IMG/VR virus record: IMGVR_UViG_3300015371_000006
Coordinates: 32,001-96,000 of that record
Source of the DNA: a virus
Length of the DNA stretch: 64,000 bases
Strand: one strand, 5' to 3'
The notes under the pieces were generated by a model that saw only the letters and a program-made list of their open reading frames with translations, was not told the origin of the DNA and ran no database searches. The position numbers and the translations under genes are program-made. Every line of letters starts with the position of its first letter. Within the stretch, counting starts at the first letter, position 1. Shown here piece after piece: positions 36,501 through 44,741 of the stretch.

Positions 36501-39500
36501 CTCACGAACGGCCCGCGCAGCTTGCCGTCGTCGGCCCCGCCTCGGTAGACCGTGACCGCCTCGGGGAGCGCCCTCATCGCCCTGCGCAGCATCTTGACCT
36601 GCGGCCCCAGCTTGTACTCGCGGTCGAGCGAGGGGTCGTAGAGGATCTCGTCGGGATCGTCCGACTCTTGGAACGGCGTGCTGTCAACGATGTACAGCTC
36701 AGCCGCGTTCTGTTGGCGCGGTCCCAGCTCGGGCGCATTCGCGTCGAGCATCTCCTCAGCCGCCTTACCCTTCAGTCCGGGGCTGGCCTGGCCAGTCGCC
36801 TTACTGATTGCGGCCTTCACCAGCGAGTCGTCGAGCGCCCGGCGCTCCTCCGGCGTGCGGTCGGGGTCGTCGTCGGCGTGCTGATCCATCGCGTCGGCGA
36901 TCAGCGCCTCCAGGTCGGCGGTGTCCTCGCCGGGCTCGACCCAGCCGTTGAGCATCGACTTCGTCAGCTCGTCCTGCACGGCCTGGCGCTGCTCAGGGGT
37001 CAGCTGGTCGAGGCCGGGGCTGGCCTGGCCTGCCATCGCGCGCAGGCGCGGGTCGTCTGACTGGGACAGGTACTCCTGCTTGCGGGCCTGCAGCGAGTCG
37101 GCGATCTCGCTGCCCACCGGCTCGCCGTCGCGGGTGTAGCGGGCCTGGTGGCCGTAGTACGCCTGCGACCAGTTGTAGCCGTCGGTAAGCCGGTAGCCGT
37201 GGTCGATGACCTTGCCCTTGTTCTGCGCCTCCAGCTCGCGCATCAGCTGGGTGGCGATGCCCCGGCGCTGGAACTCGGGGATGACCTCGATCTTGTCGAT
37301 GCCGATGTCGGCGTTGGCCTCGCGCGCTTTCTTGCCGATGGCGGGCCGGTAGCGGCTGTAGGTCAGCTTGCCCACCTCCCTGCCGTCTACCTCGGCCACC
37401 AGGCCGTCGAAGTATTCGGTGTCGCCTCGCTTGCGCGGCTTGATCTCGGCGGGGCTCAGCTGGCCCGACTTGACCGCGTCGTCTACCTGGGGGTTCCAGG
37501 CGTCCAGGGTTGCGGGCGGACTCGCCTGCCCCAGCGCGAGCTTCGTGTCCGGCATCAGGCCCTTGCCTGCGGGCTGGGCGACACCGGAGCGCACGGCGAT
37601 GCCGTAGCTCTCGGCGTTGCTCATCCGGTTCGTGGTCGCGTAGCGCTTCCGTGAGCCGTCGGGGCGTTCGATCAGCACGCTGTCGCCGCGCTTGCCTCGG
37701 GTGATCGTCGAGCCATCGGCGGCCTGCAGGCTGTCGCCTCGCTGCAGCGCTCGGACCTTGCGGATCAGCGCCCGGCGCGGGTCGGAGTAGTTGTGCGGGT
37801 CGAAGCTGCCGGGCTCGATGTCGAGCGCCTCGGCGTTCGGCTCGGCGATCCCCATCTCCTTCATCGTCCGCTTGACGAAGACGCGGTCCTTCTCCTTCTC
37901 GGCTTCGGGCAGGTCGGCGTAGGGCTTCAGCAGCTCCGGCTGGTCGGCCTTCGCCCAGCTCTGGTTGCGGTCGATCCAGGCGTCGTGCACCTCGGAGGCC
38001 AGCCGCTCCATGTCGAGCGCACCCTCCTCATCGCGCATCCGGGTGATCGCGTCGTAGGCCGACGCCGCGCCGTCGCGGTTCTCGGCTTGGAACTTCTCGG
38101 GCAGCTCGTCGTAGGTCATGTCGGCGATGTCGATGGTCCCGCCCCCATAGGGCTTGGGCCGGGGCTCGTAGTTGCGGTCCTTGCGCCACTGTTCGTGGGC
38201 CTGTGCCGCGACCCTCTCTACGACCTTGTCTCGCTGCATGGCAGCGCCTGTGAGCGGTTGTTCGGGCGCGCCCTCTGCACCCTGCCCCTCCGGGGCGTCG
38301 CCGCCTCTGGCGCGCTTACGGCTCTCCGCTCCAGGGCGGGCTCGGGACACGTCGAGGACGCTCGACTCGCGCAGCAGCACCATCTCGCCGTCCTCGGTGA
38401 GCGCCTCGGCCTTCCAGCCCAGCGCGTCGTCGTCCTCGACCTTGCGCAGCTCGGCCACGGTGATGTCGCCGTTGTTCTGCTTGATCCGCACCACATCGCC
38501 CTCCGCGACCGGGCCGGTGATGTTGTTGCCCTTCAGGTTGCGCCGGGGCGGATCGGCCAGGAACTCCACGTCGTCGGGGTCGGGGTAGCGGGTGACGGTG
38601 TCCACGATCTGGCCGTTGTGGTCGCGCAGCTTGACCTCGACCTCGGCGTACCAGCGCCCGTCCTCGCCCACCATCGCGTCGGTGACCACGCCCTCCCAGG
38701 GCTCCTTGCGCCCCGTCACGCGCACGCGCGCGCCCGCGCGGATGCGCATGCGGTGGTCGGTGTAGTTGGGCTGGCGCAGCACCTCCGCTCCGGCGGCCCC
38801 CGGCCCGGCGAAGTGCTCGACCGTCCTCGCCATCAGGTCGCGCGCTCGCGCCTCGCCCTTCTCGGGGGTGACGCCCTGCGCGCCTGCCAGCAGCCCGCCG
38901 AGGATCTCGAAACGCTTCTCGGGGTCGGCGCTGAAGGCCAGGTTGTGCAGCAGCTCGCGGCGGTTCTCCAGCGGGACGTGGGCTTCGTCGAGCAGGAGCC
39001 CGAGCGCTGCGCGCTGGGGCAGGTAGGTGCCCTGGGCTCGGATGTCGTCGGGCTTGCGGCCCAGCCAGCGCAGGACGTCGTGCTGTCCGTTGCGCTTCAG
39101 CAACTCGACCGCCCACTCGTGAGCCATCTCCTCGGTCAGCGCCTCGTCGAGGCTGAAGTGCTCCGGCTGGGCGAAGGTCTCGGGGTTGATCGGGTTGACG
39201 CCGTGGGAGGCCTCGTGCATCGCCGTGCGGTAGGCGTTGTAGACGCCCGCTGCGGTGTCGTCGTCGAGCCGCCGCTTCTCCACGCGGGCGGCGTGGGCGG
39301 CCTGCAGGTGCACCTGGGCGGCCCGGCCGACTTGCACCTCGCCGTCCCAGCTGCGAAAGCCGCCCGTGTCCTCGTCGGCTTCGTTGATGCGGATCGACTT
39401 CAGCACCACCTGGCGGCCGTGCGTGTCGCCGATTTGCTGTGCAAGCCCGGCCACTCCGGCGGCAAGACCGGAGAAGTCCTCTGGTGCGCCAGCCTTCTGG

Positions 39501-40705
39501 GCCGCCATATTGCCTGCAAAGGGCACAGGAACTGGAGAAGACGTCGGGCCCCCGGCTCCATCCGGCACATCCGGCACATCCGGCGTCCCAGCAGGCATCC
39601 CGCCGGGTGCCGCCTGGCCCCCGACCTGCGTGGTGACCCTTGCTGGGATCGGGTCCGACCCGCGCTGCGCGAGCTTCGGCGCGTCCGTGCCGTGCAGGAA
39701 CCGGAGCACGTCGTTGAGGCTGATCCTCGGCGCAAAACCCCCGCGTCTTGGGCGGAAACGGCCGCCCCACACCGTGCCCTTGGCGAACCGCTCGTCCCAG
39801 GCGACCTCCTCCATGTCGAGCACGAGGTCTGCGGGTGGGACATCGGTGCCCTCGGGCTGGGACATACCGCCGGACATATCCCCAGTCAGAGACACGAGAA
39901 AGTCACCATTTGCAGGGGTTTCGCCGTTCGAGCTGAGGGACATCTCCAGGGACATCTCGGTGACACGTTCGGCCAGTAGGGCCTCTTGCAGCAGGCCGTA
40001 TCGCTCAGCGATCTGCTGGGCGCGCCGGTCGGCCGCCTCGGTGTCGGGAGCCTCGGCTCCCATCAGCCCCATGTCGTATGCCTCGTCGTGCGTGAGCAGC
40101 TCGCAGCGGCAGCCCGTGTGCGTCGGCGGGTTGATCCGGTCGAGCACGCTCCAGGGCCACCAGCCGACCGTCGCCATCGCCAGGCAGTCCGGGGTGTGCT
40201 CCTTGACCGCTTCGCTGAGGTGCCAGAACGCGCCCTCGGGGCTCAGCCTGCGGACCATGCCCCTGCGCGCGGTCGCCTGCACGCGAGCGGCCGCCGCCTC
40301 GTGGTGTGCCTCGGTGAACCGCCGCTCGCGCTCCAGCACCCGCTTGACCGCCGCCTCGGGTTCGTCGCGCTGCAGGGCCGCCGGGATGTCGCGGCGCATC
40401 CGCTCCTCCATGCGCCGGTAGAACTCGACGTCGCGCTCCTGCTCGACCCGCGCGGCCTCGGCCAGCTCGGCATCGCTCACGTCGGCGCGTGCGAACTCCG
40501 GTCGGATCGCCTTGACGATCCAGTCCGCGCCCTTGCTGCGCCGCCTCAGCGCCGCGACGGCCGCCCCGATGGCGGCCCCGGCCTGTCCCGAGGCCACCTC
40601 GCCCCCAGCAGCGTCGTCGTCGCCGGAGGCTGCGATGACGCCCCCCGCTGCGGCCGCCGCCAGGATCGCCTCGGTGTTGTCGTCCTGCTTCGCGCGCGTC
40701 GGCAT
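33542..40705 (-). CDS. MuF (minor head protein)-fused polyvalent effector protein: zincin, SH3-like, RyR, GNAT, ART, zeta toxin, HipA/PI-kinase-like, degenerate ART
   Basis: PPTHTGCRC (MuF); HEASH...DEALTE; AHEQW/VHDAW...PYADLPEAEKEKDR; VIPEFQRRGIATQL; VYRG/FVSTS/GENE; GGPGSGKS; GGSN..LVK..E...DALLGNWD...N...LDQGG. Confidence 0.85.
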   Translation of the reverse strand: MPTRAKQDDNTEAILAAAAAGGVIAASGDDDAAGGEVASGQAGAAIGAAVAALRRRSKGADWIVKAIRPEFARADVSDAELAEAARVEQERDVEFYRRMEERMRRDIPAALQRDEPEAAVKRVLERERRFTEAHHEAAAARVQATARRGMVRRLSPEGAFWHLSEAVKEHTPDCLAMATVGWWPWSVLDRINPPTHTGCRCELLTHDEAYDMGLMGAEAPDTEAADRRAQQIAERYGLLQEALLAERVTEMSLEMSLSSNGETPANGDFLVSLTGDMSGGMSQPEGTDVPPADLVLDMEEVAWDERFAKGTVWGGRFRPRRGGFAPRISLNDVLRFLHGTDAPKLAQRGSDPIPARVTTQVGGQAAPGGMPAGTPDVPDVPDGAGGPTSSPVPVPFAGNMAAQKAGAPEDFSGLAAGVAGLAQQIGDTHGRQVVLKSIRINEADEDTGGFRSWDGEVQVGRAAQVHLQAAHAARVEKRRLDDDTAAGVYNAYRTAMHEASHGVNPINPETFAQPEHFSLDEALTEEMAHEWAVELLKRNGQHDVLRWLGRKPDDIRAQGTYLPQRAALGLLLDEAHVPLENRRELLHNLAFSADPEKRFEILGGLLAGAQGVTPEKGEARARDLMARTVEHFAGPGAAGAEVLRQPNYTDHRMRIRAGARVRVTGRKEPWEGVVTDAMVGEDGRWYAEVEVKLRDHNGQIVDTVTRYPDPDDVEFLADPPRRNLKGNNITGPVAEGDVVRIKQNNGDITVAELRKVEDDDALGWKAEALTEDGEMVLLRESSVLDVSRARPGAESRKRARGGDAPEGQGAEGAPEQPLTGAAMQRDKVVERVAAQAHEQWRKDRNYEPRPKPYGGGTIDIADMTYDELPEKFQAENRDGAASAYDAITRMRDEEGALDMERLASEVHDAWIDRNQSWAKADQPELLKPYADLPEAEKEKDRVFVKRTMKEMGIAEPNAEALDIEPGSFDPHNYSDPRRALIRKVRALQRGDSLQAADGSTITRGKRGDSVLIERPDGSRKRYATTNRMSNAESYGIAVRSGVAQPAGKGLMPDTKLALGQASPPATLDAWNPQVDDAVKSGQLSPAEIKPRKRGDTEYFDGLVAEVDGREVGKLTYSRYRPAIGKKAREANADIGIDKIEVIPEFQRRGIATQLMRELEAQNKGKVIDHGYRLTDGYNWSQAYYGHQARYTRDGEPVGSEIADSLQARKQEYLSQSDDPRLRAMAGQASPGLDQLTPEQRQAVQDELTKSMLNGWVEPGEDTADLEALIADAMDQHADDDPDRTPEERRALDDSLVKAAISKATGQASPGLKGKAAEEMLDANAPELGPRQQNAAELYIVDSTPFQESDDPDEILYDPSLDREYKLGPQVKMLRRAMRALPEAVTVYRGGADDGKLRGPFVSTSTRKADAERFGDVQEVTVPAGTKALWLGKLAGENELLLDRESLEAQGGQASPGLHLSRHVAWNPYAQRVQTLGAAGPMPALAAWRGALDRPRPTGFGRRPLSDRDRRNLDELDFYPGQPDASTITLSDGSEVSVTRDRDGTRTYAVKRDVGSVDGLSREEVEPAITTLRDEEEVRALEAIRDADAASEEQLAANAWDALSSVMMGQASPAERPEDRLQVEKGPTANEVLGEAVDTEAKWSRMTPTGRVYADERRALHEEIINSFLEGHEPPSGRKPRAAFTAGGPGSGKSSMLSAEATGMVEVNPDAIKEKLPEYQAMIEARDPYSGAGVHEESSIIARTLRARAFNRGLDVLIDGVGNSGAGRFREKLEQAHADGYDVEVDVAHLPHEKGKVRVAERAERSGRTVPDHIVDNAYRSVPQRFTEYDDELPWLRLRVWDTDVPRGEPAKLIADKDVGGELKILDAEKMDGFLAQGRMGLDGPEGAAAASPGSPAGRSGVPGGGDAALRVGPGAGGEAGGEAGGVGQASPPELPGMKAFLAKMQASWDGGKPERTEEVERSEMEAPPEPVQGIPDYTATKLKDVKPAGGSNGARMAEDAEGRRWLVKTYKGNRDRVATELLANSIYRELGITVPNAGYTEVNVPKFGKTRALTYPLVDGEERQWQHADETLADGFVADALLGNWDVVGLAQDNVLWNGDTPIRLDQGGTLEYRAMGGPKPFGPVPTELWTMNKPGGQAWTRMAITEEGMRAAAKDAELRLTPERIDALVDAAPFDDEEMRERVRENLKARVAWLGRYSRGEEEIPEPLSGEEVLDEFSARDASLETYPEEDAAMEHYLGQGHDVVDAHLRSGAKRAAADAETQGTVAQLDALLGDRVTRVDEDFYAYVPLPADSKINADNAGELAGKWMTEKSYLNAETQYAPTPGVVTLRLTVPTGAHALMPSTLDTVTDPTPGRVVLPRRTSIRITGSKLIDGATVVDAVVKPR
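34927..35061 (-). CDS. nested out-of-frame 44-aa acidic peptide (candidate zeta-domain antitoxin)
   Basis: MDPKEQPPPAPDLPPDAAEYLEGETLRYESDPEPEEKPEEKPEE*; 41/44 codons end in G/C, versus 18/45 in the host frame; TAGGAT 8 nt upstream. Confidence 0.65.
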   Translation of the reverse strand: MDPKEQPPPAPDLPPDAAEYLEGETLRYESDPEPEEKPEEKPEE

Positions 40706-40813
40706 GCCCAACGAGTCTAAGCCCGAAAGCGGCGAGCGGCCCAGGTCGCCCTGGACCGCCCTCCCAGCGCCGCTCGATTGCCTTTCTTCGCCGCCGGGTG
40801 CCGCTCTCCTGCC

Positions 40814-41032
40814 CTAGACCAGAGCAGCCTTCAGGCGCATCTCATCGACGCGCCGGTCCAGCCACTCCAGCGGAGACTCTTCGCGTTCGGGCTCGGGCTC
40901 GACCGGGACGACCGGGACGTAGGTCGTCTCCTGTTGCCAGCTGGTCGTCGGCCAGGTGGTGATCGACGTCGTGCCCCCGGTCGTGTTGAACCAGGGGGAC
41001 ACCTGGACGTAGCGGTCGCCGAAGGCAGCCAT
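40814..41032 (-). CDS. hypothetical protein
   Basis: Coupled ORF. Confidence 0.55.
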   Translation of the reverse strand: MAAFGDRYVQVSPWFNTTGGTTSITTWPTTSWQQETTYVPVVPVEPEPEREESPLEWLDRRVDEMRLKAALV

Positions 41033-41394
41033 CAGCCGTTCTCCGGCTCCGGCGGCTCAGGCAGCGCGTGTCCGGCCGCGCGCTCATAGACCTCCGCGTA
41101 GCGCTCCTCGCGCTTGCGGAGTTCGTTCCAGCACGCCGCCGTGACCGATACGGCCTTGGCCTGCTTCGCGTGCCAGCGCCCGACGCGCTCGCGGTAGTCG
41201 AGACGAACGTCCTCGGGGACCGCCGCGTGCGCATGCGCCTTGGCGATCTCGTCGGAGGTGTTCGGGTCCAGCGCCAGCAGCGCCTTGGACTCGATGTCGC
41301 GGATCTGCTCGCCGAGCTTCTCCAGCGCGACGGCCTCGTCCTCCATCCCGGCTGCCTCGTTGAGCAGCTCCAGCGTGGTGACTGCTTCAGGCAT
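41032..41394 (-). CDS. helical hypothetical protein
   Basis: RBS AAGGAGG; typical codon usage. Confidence 0.65.
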   Translation of the reverse strand: MPEAVTTLELLNEAAGMEDEAVALEKLGEQIRDIESKALLALDPNTSDEIAKAHAHAAVPEDVRLDYRERVGRWHAKQAKAVSVTAACWNELRKREERYAEVYERAAGHALPEPPEPENG

Positions 41395-41878
41395 GCTCGA
41401 CCTCCTTGGCCGCGCCGTTGCCGTTGTCGGTGATCTGCTTGTCGACGGTGACGACGGGGAGCCGCTTCAGGATCTGCTCCTGCAGCGCCGTGATGCGGTC
41501 GACCTCCTCGGTCATCCGCGTCCGGGTGAACTCCATCTCCTTTTCGAACGCCTCGCGCTCGCGGGAGAGGTTGCCCTCGCGGACGGCCAGCTCGGCCTCC
41601 TTGACGGCGATGTCGCGCTCGGCCTCGCCGCGCAGCTTCTCCAGGCCGACCTTGTGTTCGACCTCTCGCAGCTGGCGCTCGTTTTCCTCCTCGCGCTTCG
41701 ACTTGCTGATCTCCAGGTCGGTGATCTGATGCTTCAGCTTCTTGACCTCGTCGCTGAGTCGGATCGCCTCCCGGCGTCCCTTCTGTTCGCCCCGAAGCTT
41801 CGTGACCTCTTCGGTCAGCGCCTCCAGGCGGTTGAGCACTTCCTGCGTCGCAGGGTGCTCCTCGCGCTTCTTCAACAT
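41387..41878 (-). CDS. coiled-coil protein
   Basis: Glu/Lys/Arg heptads; GAGGAGG RBS preceded by CCGACC. Confidence 0.7.
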   Translation of the reverse strand: MLKKREEHPATQEVLNRLEALTEEVTKLRGEQKGRREAIRLSDEVKKLKHQITDLEISKSKREEENERQLREVEHKVGLEKLRGEAERDIAVKEAELAVREGNLSREREAFEKEMEFTRTRMTEEVDRITALQEQILKRLPVVTVDKQITDNGNGAAKEVEHA

Positions 41879-42160
41879 CGGCCCTCCTCGGGTCGGTCGG
41901 GTTGTTCTATGAAGCGCGTGTTCGGCAGCCGCCGCCCGTGAAGGTTGCGGCCGGGCCTCATCGCGGCGAACGACCGCCTGCGGGGTTCGACGTTCCTGCC
42001 GTCTGGACCGCACGGTCGTTCACGGCCGGGCAAGCTATCAGGCGCTTCGGTTGTTAGCTAGCCAGCGCGACGATCAGGGCTGTCAGGCCGACGATGATCG
42101 CGGCGATGAGCACCGGAACCCACCAGTGCACGCTGCTCGTCGTCATCGTCGGCCCTGCCC

Positions 42161-42568
42161 CTATACGCCGTAGTTGTAGCCGCTGTTGCTCGTGTCGGCG
42201 CTCGCGGCGATGATGATGATCAGGACGACGATGGCCGCGCCGATGATCCCGAGGACGAGCCCGGCGGTTGCCATGCCCCCTCCGGTCTGCATCCCGTTGC
42301 TCTCGCGGATGTTCTTCTTGGCGACGGCCGCGAAGATGATCGCCAGGATGCTCAGGACGCCGTAGCCCCACAGCAGGCCGCAGACGAGGCTGGCGATTGC
42401 CATGCCGGACGTCTTCGCCTGCGCCGCCGGTCCGGTGACGGTCTGCGCCGGGGCGCGGTTGTCGGTCCACTCCGAGCCGGTCCAGTAGCGGACGGTGCTC
42501 GGGTCGTTCGGGTCCGGGTACCAGCCCGCGCCGGGTGCGGCCGGGGCTGCCGGAGTTGCGTCGCTCAT
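42161..42568 (-). CDS. DUF2510 + DUF4190 membrane protein
   Basis: GWYPDP...RYWTGSEWT; GMAIASLVCG...GMATAGLVLG; CCGACCAAGGAGG at 42575-42587. Confidence 0.85.
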   Translation of the reverse strand: MSDATPAAPAAPGAGWYPDPNDPSTVRYWTGSEWTDNRAPAQTVTGPAAQAKTSGMAIASLVCGLLWGYGVLSILAIIFAAVAKKNIRESNGMQTGGGMATAGLVLGIIGAAIVVLIIIIAASADTSNSGYNYGV

Positions 42569-42693
42569 ATTGGTCCTCCTTGGTCGGGTGGAGCGATTGA
42601 TTGTCGCAACCTACCACGCCCGCGCCTCAATGGTCATGACCCGCCCGATGTGCTACAGTCGTTAGCAGTTGTTCCCGACCAAAGGAGTTCCCG

Positions 42694-43380
42694 ATGAACG
42701 ACGGACCCCACCTCACCGATGCCCAGTCGACGGCCCTTCGCATGGCCGCCGTCGAGTACCTTCGCCGCCGCCCCGAGCTGGTGGGCCGCGTCGAGGGCGA
42801 CGATCCCTTCGCCGCCTCCGTCGAGGACGAGCGCTACTGCCGCCGCGTATCCGGCATGGCCGCAGGCACCCGCCGCGTCCTTGAGGAGCGCGGGCTGCTT
42901 GAGCGCGAGACCTCGCCCTCGGGCGGCGTCGAGTACATCGTCGTCAGCGACGCGGGCATGGAGTTGGCGCGGATGATCTACAACGACGAGTACGGGCTCG
43001 ACGCTTTCGAGAACACCCTCGTCGAGCGGATCGATGCGGCGGCTGCGGCCGAGCGCGAGTACGAGGAGCGCCAGAACGCGTTCCGCCATCGCGCGATGCT
43101 CGTCGGCGATGTCCTGTCCGGCCTCCGTGGCCCGGCCAACTACCTCAACATCCGCCCCGAGGACTACCCGGACCTCGGCGCGGAGATCGTCCGGCTGTTT
43201 GAGCGGCCCGACGCGCATCGCCCCGAGCCGACCGAGAAGATCAGCCTGCGCCTGCAGGACTTGGAGGCGCTGATCGCGCGCGTGTACGCGCACGGGCTCG
43301 ATGTTCAGGCCGGGCATGAGGTGTCCGGCCGCCTGCGCGATGCCATCGAGGACATCGACATGCAGGTCAACGCTTCCTGA
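42694..43380 (+). CDS. hypothetical protein
   Basis: Preceded by the promoter box 42651-42667 and CCGACCAAAGGAG; followed by a hairpin. Confidence 0.75.
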   Translation: MNDGPHLTDAQSTALRMAAVEYLRRRPELVGRVEGDDPFAASVEDERYCRRVSGMAAGTRRVLEERGLLERETSPSGGVEYIVVSDAGMELARMIYNDEYGLDAFENTLVERIDAAAAAEREYEERQNAFRHRAMLVGDVLSGLRGPANYLNIRPEDYPDLGAEIVRLFERPDAHRPEPTEKISLRLQDLEALIARVYAHGLDVQAGHEVSGRLRDAIEDIDMQVNAS

Positions 43381-43401
43381 CTTCGTCGGGAACCGAAGCG
43401 C

Positions 43402-43429
43402 GACGGCCCCGCTGAGATGCGGGGCCGTC
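43402..43429. terminator. hairpin between convergent genes
   Basis: gacggccccgc-tgagat-gcggggccgtc. Confidence 0.6.
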
Positions 43430-43642
43430 TGCGTCTTGCGGTTAGGACGTCTCCTTGGAGTCGCGGGTCTTGTCCCGGTTCTCCTTGTCGTCCTGCGGCG
43501 GCTCCGTCGTTGCCGGATCGACGCCGCGCTGCTCGGTGGCCGGATGCGGACCGGCGTCGGGCTTCTGCTCGTCCGCCTTGTCCTTCTGCTCGGTGTCACC
43601 CATCGGTGATCCCTTCCGTTGCTTGCCAGCTACGTCTACCCG

Positions 43643-44125
43643 CTATTCGGGTTCCGTCACCATCGCCGTGAAGGGCGCGGAGCCGTTGTGCTCCAGGCCC
43701 GCGTCATAGCTCGCGTCGGCGACGATGATCGCCATCCACTCCTTGACGTGCTGGCGCACCATGTCCTTGAACGCCTTGCGCTGCACCTGGTCGGTGAAGG
43801 TCGCGTCGCAGAGCGTCAGCAGCCGCCCGACGAGGTTGTCGACCTCCTGCCAGTTGATCCCGTACAGCGTCTTGCCGTGCGAGCCGCCGTACTCGATGGT
43901 CAGCAGCTGGCCGTTGGCGCTGACGCGGATCTTCGCCCCGCTCTCGGGGTAGCTGCCCGCGCCCAGCAGCTCGACCTGGATGTGTTCGGCCGCTTCCTTG
44001 TCGAACTCGTCGCGCTCGCGGCTTCCGTCGCCGCGCCACGGCCGCGACTGGATCGGTCCGGTGGTGCCGGTGCTCGCGTAGACCTCGCCGCCGCTCGACG
44101 TGAGTTCAGTGATGCCGTCGCCCAT
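43643..44125 (-). CDS. hypothetical protein
   Basis: RBS AAGGAGG. Confidence 0.65.
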   Translation of the reverse strand: MGDGITELTSSGGEVYASTGTTGPIQSRPWRGDGSRERDEFDKEAAEHIQVELLGAGSYPESGAKIRVSANGQLLTIEYGGSHGKTLYGINWQEVDNLVGRLLTLCDATFTDQVQRKAFKDMVRQHVKEWMAIIVADASYDAGLEHNGSAPFTAMVTEPE

Positions 44126-44220
44126 GAGGGCCTCCTTGACTTGACGCCGGGGCTGCGCCTCGCGCTGGCCCGGCTATGACTTGACTTGACCGGGCCAGCG
44201 TAGGTGCGCAAGCAGACGGA

Positions 44221-44592
44221 TCAGTTCAGCCGTGCGTGCTGCGCCATGTGGAGCGCGATCAGCTGGTTGAGCGGATCGTTCGGGTCGGTGACCTCGACGC
44301 ACATCTCGGCGGCTTCGTCCTCGTGCAGCGGATCGTGGCAGTGGCGCTCGGCGAAGGCGCGGGGCATCGGCGGCTGCCCCAGCAGCCCGCCGGTCAGGTT
44401 CCACAGCCGGAACGCCTCGGTGTACTTGCCGAGGGTCTGCGCGATGTCGCGCTCGCGCAGGTCGCGGTAGGTGCAGTTGTCCTCGATGTAGCCCACGAAC
44501 TCGTCGCAGCAGTCCGTCTCGCCCAGGCGGTGGATGCGGCCGCAGTAGCAGCGGGTGCTCTCCTGCGGGCTGTTGGGCTCGATGCAGCTCAT
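44221..44592 (-). CDS. Cys/His-rich hypothetical protein
   Basis: CCGACCAAGGAGG at 44598-44610. Confidence 0.65.
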   Translation of the reverse strand: MSCIEPNSPQESTRCYCGRIHRLGETDCCDEFVGYIEDNCTYRDLRERDIAQTLGKYTEAFRLWNLTGGLLGQPPMPRAFAERHCHDPLHEDEAAEMCVEVTDPNDPLNQLIALHMAQHARLN

Positions 44593-44741
44593 CGTGTCCT
44601 CCTTGGTCGGGGTGCCTTCCCCTACTACGTCGCTCGGCCTCCCGAACTTCTGACACGAGTTGTACCCGCTGTTTCTCGGGCTTTGTGACCTGGACGAGCG
44701 AACCCCGCAGCGGTTGACCGGCGCTGCGGGGCTCGTCGTGC

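Noticed and set aside
39400-39843. Possible second nested ORF upstream of the zincin domain
   Set aside because: Alternative frame has mixed codon usage and no clear -10 or RBS, unlike the 34927-35061 case.
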